DNA of 40,978 nucleotides from Acetobacterales bacterium (GCA_038250135.1 JBBSCP010000001.1:1-40978), one strand, 5' to 3'. Counted from the first letter of the stretch, positions 10,283 through 19,993 are shown. The notes: generated by a model not told the origin, from the letters alone. Numbers and translations: made by a program.

Positions 10283-12026
10283 CGCGGTGCTCGGCGAACG
10301 GCTTTCGCCGCCGCGGCCGAACCGGGACGGCCCGCAGGGTGCGCCGGTGCGGATCACCGCCTCGCTCGACCAGCGGCTGATGCAGGCGGGGCTTGGCCTC
10401 GCCCTCGGCTTCCTGGTCGTGGCGCTCGCGCTGCCGATGGGGGTGCTGCTGGTGCGCGCCTTCGAGGATGCGAACGGCGCCTTCGTGGGCCTCGCCAATT
10501 TCGCCACCTACGTCACCACGCCCGCGCTGATCCGCTCGGTCTGGAACAGCGTCTGGACGGCCGGCGTGACGACCCTGCTCGTCGTGCCGCTGGCCTTCGC
10601 CTATTCCTACGCGCTGACGCGATCCTGCATTCCCTTCAAGGGCGCCTTCCGCGCGGTGATGCTGTTGCCGATCCTGGCCCCTTCGCTGTTGCCGGCACTG
10701 GCGCTGATCTACCTGTTCGGCAACCAGGGCATGCTTCGCTGGATGCTGTTCGGCGACAACATCTACGGCCCCGGGGGCATCATCGCCGCCCAGGTCTTCT
10801 ACACCTTCCCATCGGCGGCGATAATTCTGAGCGTGGCGCTCGCCACCGCCGATGCGCGGCTCTACGAGGCGGCCGAGGTGCTCAAGGCGGGGCGCGCGCG
10901 CATCTTCCGCACGGTCACGCTGCCGGGCGCGCGCTTCGGCCTGGTCTCCGCCGCGGTGGTGGTGTTCACGCAGGTGATCACGGATTTCGGCATTCCGAAG
11001 GTGATCGGCGGGCAGTTCCAGGTACTCGCCACCGATGTCTACAAGCAGGTCGTGGGCCTGCAGGACTTCAATATGGGCGCGGTGGTCGGCATCGTGCTGC
11101 TGTTGCCCGCGATCGGCGCCTTCGCCTTGCAGCGCTGGGCGGAGGGCAAGCGCAGCGGCACGCTGACCGGGCGAGCGGTGCCCTATGTGCCAAGGCCGCG
11201 CGCGCGGCGCGACGTGCCGCTGCTGATGCTCTGTCTGCTCACCGCCGGCGCGCTGATCGGTATCGTCGGCGTGGCCATCTGGGGATCGCTGATCCGCTTC
11301 TGGCCCTACAACCTCACCCTCACGCTCGACAATTACGAATTCTCCCGCTTCGACAGTTCCGGCTGGGGCGCCTTCAGCACCTCGCTGGAGTTGGCCACGC
11401 TCACCGCCTTCATCGGCACGGCCATCGTCTTCACCGTGGCCTATTTCCTGGAACGTGGGCCGCAAGCGAGCCGAATCGCGCGGCTGCTGCGTGGCACGGT
11501 CGGGCTGCTGGCGACGGCGCCGCTGGCGATCCCCGGCCTGGTGCTCGGCCTGGCCTACATCCTGTTCTTCAACCACCCGGCCAACCCGCTCGGCGTGCTG
11601 TACGGCACGCTCGGCATCCTGGTGCTGAATTCGCTGGTGCATTTCTACACCGTCGGTCATCTGACGGCGACCACGGCGATCCGTCAGCTGGATCCGGAAT
11701 TCGAAGCCGTGAGCGCCAGCCTGCGGGTGCCGGTCTGGAGCACTTTCGGGCGCGTCACGGTGCCGATCTGCCTGCCCGCGATCATGGAGATCTGGGTCTA
11801 TATCTTCGTCAATGCGATGACCACGGTCAGCGCGGTGATCTTCCTCTACGGCCCGGACACCAAGCCGGCTTCGGTCGCTGTCGTGCATATGGACGAAGCC
11901 GGCCAGGCGAGCGCCGCGGCTGCCATGGCCTGCATGCTGCTGGCGGCCACCGCCGCGGTGAAGCTTGCGCAGCTGCTGCTCGCCCGCCTGGTCGATCGAG
12001 CGACCCAGGGCTGGCGCCGACGCTGA
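10275..12026 (+). CDS. phnU2: Putative 2-aminoethylphosphonate ABC transporter permease (fused double permease)
   Basis: 583 aa, many TM segments, two EAA loops (YEAAEVLKAG, FEAVSASLRV); overlaps the ATPase stop. Confidence 0.88.
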
Positions 12027-12078
12027 CGCAAACCCGTCACACCACTGTCAAACGCCGGCAACGCCGGCGCTCTACAGC
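12023..12078 (+). promoter_or_regulatory. Pho box plus -10 element upstream of the phytase-like/phnDEE operon
   Basis: CTGACGC-AAAC-CCGTCAC-ACCA-CTGTCAA-ACGC-CGGCAAC (11-bp period), followed exactly 10 bp later by TACAGC (12073-12078), the usual PhoB promoter geometry. Confidence 0.7.
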
Positions 12079-12169
12079 GGCACCGGGCCACGCCGCATCG
12101 GCGTGACCAGATGTCGTGCCGAGGCTGCTTGGGATGCCGCGGACCGATCCTCGGGGGAACAACGAAAAC

Positions 12170-13552
12170 ATGCGCGCCCTTCTGCTTTCTGCCTGCGCCA
12201 CGCTGGCGCTCACGGCCTCGGCGATGGCCGATCAACGCGTCGACGCGACGCTCGCCGGCCATGCCATCCTGCCGGCCTTCACCATGGCCGTGCCGCCCGC
12301 CGACGCGCCGCGCGATGCGCTGGTGTCCGGCAAGTTCGCGGGCCCGGGCAACCTGCGAATCGATCGTCCGGGCGCCATCATGGGCGATACCGGCCCGCTG
12401 CACGGCAGGCGCCAGACCGGCATCGCCTTCCCCTTCATCGGCCAGCCGATCCAGGGCTTCTCCGGCATCAAGCCGGTGACGAACGATCCCGGCGCCTATT
12501 GGATCGCCACCGACAACGGCTTCGGCAACCGCCGCAACAGCCCCGACGCCCTGCTGATGTTCCACAAGGTCCGCCCTGACTTCCGCACCGGTCAGGTGGC
12601 GGTGGAGCAGACCATCTTCCTGCGCGACCCGCAGCGCCGCGTGCCCTTCCGCATCGCCTATGAAGGCACCGACGCGCGGTATCTGACCGGCGCCGATTTC
12701 GACCTGGAGAGCATCCAGCCGGTGGCCGATGGCTTCTGGTTCGGCGATGAATTCGGCCCCTTCCTGATCCATGTCGATGCGCAGGGCGTGGTGCAGCGCG
12801 TGGTCGAGACGCGGCTGGACGGCCAGGTGCTGATGTCGCCCGACCATCCGGCGCTGCAGGTTCCGGCCTCCCCAACCGCCGGCGTGCCCTATCGCGCGCG
12901 CCGCTCTGGCGGCTATGAGGGCATGGCGCTGACGCCGGATGGCCAGACGCTCTGGGCGATGCTCGAGCAGCCGCTGTTCGCGCCCAATTCGGACCAGCCC
13001 GAAGGCCCGTTCCTGCGCGTGCTGGAATTCAGCATTCCCCGCGGCGAATGGACCGGGCGCACCGTGCGCTACCGGCTCGAAGCCGGCGCGACCGCGATCG
13101 GCGACTTCAACTTCATCGACGCCACGCGCGCCCTGGTGATCGAGCGCGACAATGGCGAGGGCGATCCCGGCCTGGCTTGCGCGCAGGGCGTGCAGCCCAC
13201 CGCGGCGGCGCCCTGTTTCCCGCTGCCAGCGCGCTTCAAGCGCGTCTACGTCGTTGACCTCGCTCAAACCGATGCCGAGGGCTTCGTGCGCAAGATCGCG
13301 CATATCGACCTGATGGCGATCCGCGACCCTGAAAACCTGGCGCGGGTGCGCGGCGACCTGCCGGCCAATGCGCCGCGTGACCGCTTCACCTTCCCCTTCT
13401 TCACCATCGAGGACGTGGCGATGGTCGATGCCGACCACATCATCGTGGGCAACGACAACAACCTGCCCTTCAGCGCCGGCCGCCAGTTCTTCCAGGCCGA
13501 CAGCAACGAGTTGATCCTGCTGCGCGTGCCGGAACTGCTGCGCGCGCGTTGA
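12170..13552 (+). CDS. Esterase-like activity of phytase family protein, secreted (460 aa)
   Basis: Signal peptide MRALLLSACATLALTASAMA; motifs QGFSG, TDNGFG, TGADFDLESI, GDEFGP, GYEGMA, IERDNG, FFTIEDV and NDNNLP. Confidence 0.85.
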   Translation: MRALLLSACATLALTASAMADQRVDATLAGHAILPAFTMAVPPADAPRDALVSGKFAGPGNLRIDRPGAIMGDTGPLHGRRQTGIAFPFIGQPIQGFSGIKPVTNDPGAYWIATDNGFGNRRNSPDALLMFHKVRPDFRTGQVAVEQTIFLRDPQRRVPFRIAYEGTDARYLTGADFDLESIQPVADGFWFGDEFGPFLIHVDAQGVVQRVVETRLDGQVLMSPDHPALQVPASPTAGVPYRARRSGGYEGMALTPDGQTLWAMLEQPLFAPNSDQPEGPFLRVLEFSIPRGEWTGRTVRYRLEAGATAIGDFNFIDATRALVIERDNGEGDPGLACAQGVQPTAAAPCFPLPARFKRVYVVDLAQTDAEGFVRKIAHIDLMAIRDPENLARVRGDLPANAPRDRFTFPFFTIEDVAMVDADHIIVGNDNNLPFSAGRQFFQADSNELILLRVPELLRAR

Positions 13553-13562
13553 TCCGTGCTCG

Positions 13563-13601
13563 GGGGCGCGCCGGCCGGTGCGCCCCTTCACCCTTTGAAG
13601 G
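13563..13601 (+). other. Intergenic GC stem-loop plus a second hairpin overlapping the phnD RBS
   Basis: GGGGCGCGCC/GGTGCGCCCC stem (13563-13586), then CCTTCA...TGAAGG (13585-13601) pairing over the GAAGGAG RBS; no U-tract. Confidence 0.35.
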
Positions 13602-13610
13602 AGCCAAGCC

Positions 13611-14525
13611 ATGATCTGTCGCCGCGCCACGCTGCTCGCCAGCGCCGCCCTGCTCGCCACGCCCAACCTCGCCCGCGCCCAGTCCGGCTGGCGCGGGCAG
13701 TTCCGCGAACTGCGCTACGGCATCATCTCGTCGGAGAATGAACGTGACGCGATTGCGCGCCTGCAAGGCCTTTCGGCGCATGCCGAGGCCAAGCTTGGCG
13801 TTCCGATGCGCATCTTCCGCGGAACCGACTACGCCGCCGTGGTCGAGGCGCTGCGGTCCGAGCAACTCGAATTCGCCCACCTCGGCCCGGCGGCCTATGC
13901 CCTGGCGCGCCGCGCCATGGGCGATTCGGTGGTGCCCCTGTTGCGCCACCGCGGGAACGATGGGGCGGAGGGTTATTTCTCGGTCGTCTTCGTCAAGGCC
14001 GACAGCCCCTTCCAGAGCCTTGCCGATCTGCGCGGCCGTAGTTTCGCCTTCGCCGATCCGAACTCGGCCTCCGGCTTTGCCGCGCCCAGCTATTTCATGC
14101 GCAAGGAAGGCATCGAACCGGCCCGTCATTTTGGCCGCACCGGCTTTTCGGGCAACCACGAGCAGAGCGTGATCGCGGTGCTGAACGGCACCTACGACGC
14201 CGCCGCGACCTTCTGGAGCAACGACGCCACCGGCAACATCCAGCGCATGGTCGAGAAGGGCATGATCCAGCCCGGCACCACGCGCATCATCTGGCGCAGC
14301 CCACTGATTCCGAACTCCCCCACGGTGACGCGCGCTGGCGTGCCTGAGGCGCTGCGCGGCGACTTCGTGCGGATGATGATGAACCTGCACCTGGAGGCGC
14401 CGGAGGTGCTGCGCCAGCTCAGCGCCAATACGGCGCAAGTGGTGCCGGCGCGGCACGAGGACTATGCCGACGTCATCGCCATGACCGAGCAGAACCAGGC
14501 GCAGCGGCGTGAGCGCCGTTCTTGA
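13611..14525 (+). CDS. phnD: Phosphonate ABC transporter substrate-binding protein
   Basis: Tat-like leader (CRRATLL); motifs DYAAVVEAL, GPAAY, GYFSV, FADPNSASG and GNHEQS. Confidence 0.9.
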   Translation: MICRRATLLASAALLATPNLARAQSGWRGQFRELRYGIISSENERDAIARLQGLSAHAEAKLGVPMRIFRGTDYAAVVEALRSEQLEFAHLGPAAYALARRAMGDSVVPLLRHRGNDGAEGYFSVVFVKADSPFQSLADLRGRSFAFADPNSASGFAAPSYFMRKEGIEPARHFGRTGFSGNHEQSVIAVLNGTYDAAATFWSNDATGNIQRMVEKGMIQPGTTRIIWRSPLIPNSPTVTRAGVPEALRGDFVRMMMNLHLEAPEVLRQLSANTAQVVPARHEDYADVIAMTEQNQAQRRERRS

Positions 14526-15385
14526 GCGCAACGGCCCAGGCTGTCGAGGCACGCTGGCGGCGGGAACGTAGCGCCGGCCGTCGCCGTACCCTGGCCTGGA
14601 GCCTGGCTTTCGCCGCTGCCGTCAGCGTCGCTGCAGTGGTCGGGCAGGTGGATATCGCGCGGCTGCTCGCTGGTTTGCCACGCGCGGCGGACTACATCAC
14701 CCGCACCATCCCGACGCTGCGCTGGGACCATCTGGCGCAGGACCTCGCGGAATGGATGTGGGGTTTTGACCTGTGGCTGGAGCTGTTACTCGATACGGTG
14801 TTGATCGCCTATGCGGGAACGGTCCTCGGCGGCGGCGCGGCGCTACTGATGAGCTTCGCGGCCTCCGCCACGCTCGCACCGTCCTGGGCTGTCGCGGTGT
14901 CGCGGCGGTTGCTGGAATTCGCCCGCACCGTGCCCACCTTGGTATTCGCCCTGATCTTCGTCTACGCTTTCGGGCTCGGTCCACTGGCCGGGCTGCTGGC
15001 GATAGCGCTGCACAGCTTTGGTGCGCTCGGCAAGCTGTTCGCCGAAGTGCATGAGAATGCCGATCTGCACAGTGTCGAGGCGGTGCGGGCCGCCGGCGGG
15101 TCCTGGGCCGAGGCGATGCGCTTTGGTGTCCTGCCGCAGTCCCTGCCCGGCCTGCTTTCCTTCGGCCTGTTGCGCTTCGAGATCAATGTGCGGGAGGCCA
15201 GCGTGCTCGGCATCGTCGGTGCCGGCGGCATCGGGGAGGAACTCTATTTGTCGGTGCGGCAATTCGAGTACCCTGACATCTCGGCGATCATATTGCTGAT
15301 TCTGCTTACTGTGACGCTGATCGATGCACTGACGACGCGGCTGCGCCACCGCATTCTGGGCGCCGAGAGTCTGCGGCCGGCATGA
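14522..15385 (+). CDS. phnE: Phosphonate ABC transporter permease
   Basis: TTG start overlapping the phnD stop; motifs RTVPTLVFALIFV, GKLFAEVHE and RFEINVREASVLGIVGAGGIG. Confidence 0.9.
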   Translation: MSATAQAVEARWRRERSAGRRRTLAWSLAFAAAVSVAAVVGQVDIARLLAGLPRAADYITRTIPTLRWDHLAQDLAEWMWGFDLWLELLLDTVLIAYAGTVLGGGAALLMSFAASATLAPSWAVAVSRRLLEFARTVPTLVFALIFVYAFGLGPLAGLLAIALHSFGALGKLFAEVHENADLHSVEAVRAAGGSWAEAMRFGVLPQSLPGLLSFGLLRFEINVREASVLGIVGAGGIGEELYLSVRQFEYPDISAIILLILLTVTLIDALTTRLRHRILGAESLRPA

Positions 15386-16149
15386 GCAGTCTTGCCCGCA
15401 CGCCCGTGATGTTCGGCCTCGGCTTCCTGCTGCTGCTGCTTGGCCTTTGGCGCGTCGATGCCTCCCCACTGCGCCTGATCGAGGGCGCACAGAAGCTCGG
15501 CTGGCTGGTCGTGCTGATGTGGCCTCCCTCGGCCGGCGGTGCCTTGACCGAGTTGCTCGCCGCCCTCGCGGAGACAGTGGCGATGGCCTTCCTCGGCACG
15601 CTGCTGGCCGTGGTCGTAGCGCTGCCACTTTGCTTCCTTGGTGCCGGCAACATCGTCACGAACACGCTGACCCGTTTCACCGTGCGGCGCACCTATGACG
15701 GGCTGCGCGGCATCGACAGCCTCGTCTGGGCCCTGATCTTCGTCTCGGCCGTCGGCATGGGGCCCTTCGCGGGCATCCTGGCGCTGGCCGTTCCGGATAT
15801 CGGCCTGTTGGCGAAGGTATTCTCCGAAGCGCTGGAGTCGGCCGACAGACGGCAGGTCGAGGGCGTGCGCGCCGGCGGCGGTTCACGGCTCCACGCCATC
15901 CGTTTCGGCCTGATCCCTCAGGTGGCCCCCGTGATGCTCTCACAGACGCTTTACACCTTCGAGAGCAATACCCGCAGCGCCACCATACTCGGCGTGGTCG
16001 GCGCGGGCGGCATCGGGCTTGCGCTCGGCGACCGTATCCGCCTCAACAACTGGGACGAAGCCGCCTTCATCGTGCTGCTGATCCTCGTCACCGTGGCGGT
16101 AATCGACAGCCTGAGCCGGCGCATCCGCCTGAGACTCATCCGGGCGTAA
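15382..16149 (+). CDS. phnE: Phosphonate ABC transporter permease (second subunit)
   Basis: ATGA overlap; motifs WALIFVSAVGMGPFAG and FESNTRSATILGVVGAGGIG. Confidence 0.9.
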   Translation: MSSLARTPVMFGLGFLLLLLGLWRVDASPLRLIEGAQKLGWLVVLMWPPSAGGALTELLAALAETVAMAFLGTLLAVVVALPLCFLGAGNIVTNTLTRFTVRRTYDGLRGIDSLVWALIFVSAVGMGPFAGILALAVPDIGLLAKVFSEALESADRRQVEGVRAGGGSRLHAIRFGLIPQVAPVMLSQTLYTFESNTRSATILGVVGAGGIGLALGDRIRLNNWDEAAFIVLLILVTVAVIDSLSRRIRLRLIRA

Positions 16150-16198
16150 CCCGGCACCAGCTCGCGGCGAAGTAGGGAGGCGAACCAGGGAGCCTCCG

Positions 16199-17740
16199 AT
16201 GTCTGACCTCGCCGCCCGCGGCCTTGCGTCCACCACCGAGCACGCCGAAGCCGAAGCCGCGTTGGACAGGACCATCGAGGCCGTGCTCGGCCATCGCGCC
16301 GATGCCGCCAGCCACCTCGCCGCGGCGCTGGCGGTTGATCCCGGACTGGTCATGGGCCATGCGCTGGCGGGCCTCATGGCGTGCCTGCAGGCGCGGCGCA
16401 GCCTCGATCAGGCCGCCGCAAGAAGCCTGGGCGCGGCGCGCACCGGGCTGCGCCTGCGGGGCGGCACACCGCGTGAGCACGCCTTCATCGCCAGCCTCGC
16501 CGCCTGGCAGGAGGGGGGCGACATGGCGCAGGCAGCGCTGCATCTGGAACAGCATCTGCTCAGTTACCCGCTCGATGCCGCTGCGCTCAAGCTGGCGCAC
16601 GGCATCCGATTCATGCTGGGCGATTCGCCCGGCTTGCGCCTGCCGATCGAGCGCGCCCTGCCGGCCTGGAACGACGAGATGCCGCACGCCGGCTACATCC
16701 GCGGCTGCCACGCCTTCGCGCTGGAGGAGACCGGCGACGTCTGGCGCGCCGAGCGCGTCGGCCGCCACGCCGTGGCGCTGCAACCGGCCGACTTGTGGGG
16801 CGCGCATGCCGTGGCGCATGCGCTGGAGAGTTCTGGACGCGCGCGGGAGGGTATCGGCTGGCTCGACAGCGTGGCTCGGCAGATGGCTGGACTCGGCAAT
16901 TTCGCGCGGCACATCGATTGGCACCGCGCATTGTTCCACCTGCATCTGCATGAGGGCGAGGCGGCGCTCGCGCTTTACGACAGCCGGGTGTGCGACATCA
17001 TGAGCGAGGATTATCGCGACCTCGCCAATGCGGCCTCACTCCTGTGGCGAATGGCGGCGCAGGGCGTGCCGGTCGGCGCGGCACGCTGGGACGCACTCGC
17101 GGATCTCGCGGAGCGCCGGATCGGCGACCACAGCCTGGTCTTCGCCGATCTGCACCATGTGATCACCCTCGCCGCCGCGGGCCGTGCGGCATCGCTGCAC
17201 GCCTTCCTCGGTGGCATGCGCGGCCGCGCGCTGCGCGATACGGACACCCAGGCGCGACTTCACGCCAGCATCGGCCTGCCGCTGGCGGAGGGCATCGCGG
17301 CCGCGCTCGGCGGGCGTCCGGCGGGGGCGCTGCACCTTGCCCCCCTGCTGCGGCGCGACCTTCAGCGCGTCGGCGGCAGCCATGCGCAGCGGGATGTGTT
17401 CGAGCGCCTGCTGATCGAGGCCACTCACGCCGCAGGCCAGAAGCGTGCGGCATCGGCGATGCTCGGCGAACGCGCGGTTCGGCGCGCGCCCGGCGCCTGG
17501 GAGGATGGGCTGCTCGGTCAGATCGCCCAGTCGGAGGCGATGCGCGCGGCGGCCAGCCCGTCATCGTCGAGGATCTGCGCAATGCCGAGCCGGTCGGCGA
17601 AGATCGCGCCCTCGACGGTGGTGAGCTGCACGGAGAAACTCTCCGTGGCCTCCGTAACGTCATCGGCGCGCAGCAGAATCTCCACCGTCTTGCGAGTCTC
17701 GCCAGGGGCGAAGTTCAAAGTGCCGGTGGCGGCGACATAG
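16199..17740 (+). CDS. TTC38-like (tetratricopeptide repeat protein 38 family) protein with read-through C-terminal tail
   Basis: Motifs AFALEETG, WGAHAVAHALE, HIDWHRALFHL, DLANAASLLWR, FADLH and GGSHAQRDVF. Family-like sequence ends near 17480 and the rest overlaps the cellulase gene. Confidence 0.75.
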   Translation: MSDLAARGLASTTEHAEAEAALDRTIEAVLGHRADAASHLAAALAVDPGLVMGHALAGLMACLQARRSLDQAAARSLGAARTGLRLRGGTPREHAFIASLAAWQEGGDMAQAALHLEQHLLSYPLDAAALKLAHGIRFMLGDSPGLRLPIERALPAWNDEMPHAGYIRGCHAFALEETGDVWRAERVGRHAVALQPADLWGAHAVAHALESSGRAREGIGWLDSVARQMAGLGNFARHIDWHRALFHLHLHEGEAALALYDSRVCDIMSEDYRDLANAASLLWRMAAQGVPVGAARWDALADLAERRIGDHSLVFADLHHVITLAAAGRAASLHAFLGGMRGRALRDTDTQARLHASIGLPLAEGIAAALGGRPAGALHLAPLLRRDLQRVGGSHAQRDVFERLLIEATHAAGQKRAASAMLGERAVRRAPGAWEDGLLGQIAQSEAMRAAASPSSSRICAMPSRSAKIAPSTVVSCTEKLSVASVTSSARSRISTVLRVSPGAKFKVPVAAT

Positions 17741-19953
17741 TCGCCGAGTGTCGCGCTGCCACTCACCGTGCGCCAGCCGACATTGACCACGCTGGCCGAG
17801 GGCGCATCCAGCGTCACCTCGAAGACCGCGCGCCGAGATGCCTCGACTGCATCGGGCAGCAGCGGCTCAAGGGCGGCGATCTTGTTCGCCAACACCGTGC
17901 GCCAGTCATCGGCGAGAATGCCGCCGGTGTCGGAGGAGTTCGGGTTCCACGACCACCAGGCGAAGGAAGGCCCGATCTCGGCATGGTCGACCGTGCCGTT
18001 GTTGTCGGTATCGCCCAGCAGGTAGCTGCTCAGCGCATCGAACCAGGCGAGGTCCCTGGACTGCGTCAGGCGTGAGCCCCATTCGCCGAGCAGCACGGGG
18101 GCGATGTTCTCGCTCCAGAGATAGCCCCAGAACTTGTCGAAGACGTCGGGCAGGTTGGCCGGGAAGTTGGCTGCATAGAAGAACGGCTGCGGGTAGATCG
18201 AGTCGGGGTAGTCGTGCGGCGAATAGACCAGCTTGTTGTCGAGGACGAGATCGACCGGCCGGTCGCGCGCACCCAGCAGATTGCCGCCCCACCAATAGGA
18301 TTCGCCGGCGTGCGAAGCCACGCCCTCGACGACGATCAGCCAGTCGGGGTTCACGGCGTGGATCGCGTTGCCCGCGCGTTCCGCGGCACTGGCCCAGGCA
18401 CCCCAGGTCGCGCCGTGCGGTTCGTTGTTGAGGTCGGCGCCGATCACGGTGGGGTTGCCGCGATAGCGTGAGGCGAGGTCCTCCCACAAGTCGATCCAGC
18501 GCGCCTCGGTGAAGCGGCCATCATACCACAGGCCATTGCCGTTCGGCCCGTCGCCGGCGGCGCTGCGGTGGTGGTCGAGCAGGATGCGCAGCCCGATTTC
18601 GCCGGCATAGCCGACGATCTTGTCCATGATCTGCTGCGAGTTCAGGCCGACTAGGTCCGGGTTGCGGCTGAAATCGATGCCGTTCGGCGTGCCGTTCTCC
18701 TGGATCGCCTGGGCCGAGAAAGGCAGGCGGATGGCGTTGAAGCCCTGCTCCGCCATCTGGTCCATCATGTCCTGCCAATTGCGCGCATGCAGCCCATGCG
18801 GCGCCATGGTCGCGGTTTCCATCCCGAACCAGTTCACCGCGGCGATGCGCACCGGCGTGCCGGTGGCGTCGATGATCTGGTTGCCGCGGGTCGAGAGCAC
18901 GCCCTGCAACGCCTGGCTCTCACCCACATCGCCCTCGGTCACAGGTGCCGCATCGGCGATGCTGATACGCGGCAGGTCGTTGTTGCGAATGGTGCCGATG
19001 GCCTCGCCATCCGCGATGACGCCGCGCAGCGGGTCGTGCAGTCGCACGAGGAAGGTCTCATCCGCTTCGGCGAGACGGTCGCCGCGCACGGCGATGGAGA
19101 TGATCTTCCCCGCCTCCCCCGCCGCGAAGGTGATGCCGCCGGTCCGCCCGGTGTAGTCCGAACCGGACAGCGCCGTGATGTCGGCCGTGCTGAACTTCAC
19201 CGCAACGCTGCTGGTCGCGGCCTGCGAGAGGGAGATGGTGAAGCGCATCATCGCCTGGCCGGCATCGCCTTCGATCAACGCGGCATCGTCGATGCTGATG
19301 CGCGGCGCATCGTCATCGGTGATGATGCCGGCGGCGACGCTGTCCGACACCGTGGCGCCGGTCACCTGGCTGAGCCGCAGCGTCAGGCGCTCGACATTCT
19401 CGATCGCGGCGTCATCGGTCAGCGCGATGCGGATCTCCTTGCGCGTCTCACCGGGTGCGAAGGTGAACGGCGCGGCCAGCGCAGTATAGTCGAAGCGGGC
19501 CTTCGCCGTGCCGGCCTCGGTCGCCACGCGGAACTGCACGGCGGTGGTGCTGGCATGGGAAAGGGTGGCCACGAAGACAAGGAAGCCATCATTCTCGACC
19601 GCCGCCGCATCGGCGATGCTCAACACGGGCGGCGCCGGCGGCAGGGGAGGCGCGGCTTCGGCCGGGCTGAGCAGGAAACCGGCGGGGTCGGGTTGCGGCG
19701 TGGCGTTCAAGGCGGTGAAGCCAAACTCCACACTCCCTCCAGCCGCCACCTCGGCGGTCCAGCTCGCGCTGCGGACCAGGTAGCGGCTGCCCGTGTGGCT
19801 GACGATCTCGGCGCCCCAGATGTTCACGATCTCGAAGCCCGCGTCGAAGGCGAGCATCCAGCCCGAGAGCTGCGCGTCCGGCCGCAGGGAGATGTGCCCG
19901 ACGAGTCCTTGGCCCCAATCATCGGAACGGCGAAAGCGGAAGCTGGTGGGCAT
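17518..19953 (-). CDS. GH5 endoglucanase (E1/Cel5A-like) with N-terminal CBM2 and Calx-beta domains (811 aa)
   Basis: CBM2-like DWGQG...IWGA...FGF, Pro linker and Calx-beta repeats (DY..TFAPGET.K). GH5 motifs VNWFGME, RLPFS, LDHH, NEPH (acid/base Glu), YSPHDY, LGEWG (nucleophile) and WSWNPNSSDTGG. Start set at ATG 19953 (GAGG RBS). Confidence 0.9.
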   Translation of the reverse strand: MPTSFRFRRSDDWGQGLVGHISLRPDAQLSGWMLAFDAGFEIVNIWGAEIVSHTGSRYLVRSASWTAEVAAGGSVEFGFTALNATPQPDPAGFLLSPAEAAPPLPPAPPVLSIADAAAVENDGFLVFVATLSHASTTAVQFRVATEAGTAKARFDYTALAAPFTFAPGETRKEIRIALTDDAAIENVERLTLRLSQVTGATVSDSVAAGIITDDDAPRISIDDAALIEGDAGQAMMRFTISLSQAATSSVAVKFSTADITALSGSDYTGRTGGITFAAGEAGKIISIAVRGDRLAEADETFLVRLHDPLRGVIADGEAIGTIRNNDLPRISIADAAPVTEGDVGESQALQGVLSTRGNQIIDATGTPVRIAAVNWFGMETATMAPHGLHARNWQDMMDQMAEQGFNAIRLPFSAQAIQENGTPNGIDFSRNPDLVGLNSQQIMDKIVGYAGEIGLRILLDHHRSAAGDGPNGNGLWYDGRFTEARWIDLWEDLASRYRGNPTVIGADLNNEPHGATWGAWASAAERAGNAIHAVNPDWLIVVEGVASHAGESYWWGGNLLGARDRPVDLVLDNKLVYSPHDYPDSIYPQPFFYAANFPANLPDVFDKFWGYLWSENIAPVLLGEWGSRLTQSRDLAWFDALSSYLLGDTDNNGTVDHAEIGPSFAWWSWNPNSSDTGGILADDWRTVLANKIAALEPLLPDAVEASRRAVFEVTLDAPSASVVNVGWRTVSGSATLGDYVAATGTLNFAPGETRKTVEILLRADDVTEATESFSVQLTTVEGAIFADRLGIAQILDDDGLAAARIASDWAI

Positions 19954-19993
19954 GCGGGGACCTCGACAACACGTAGAATTTTCCGAATCGTTT

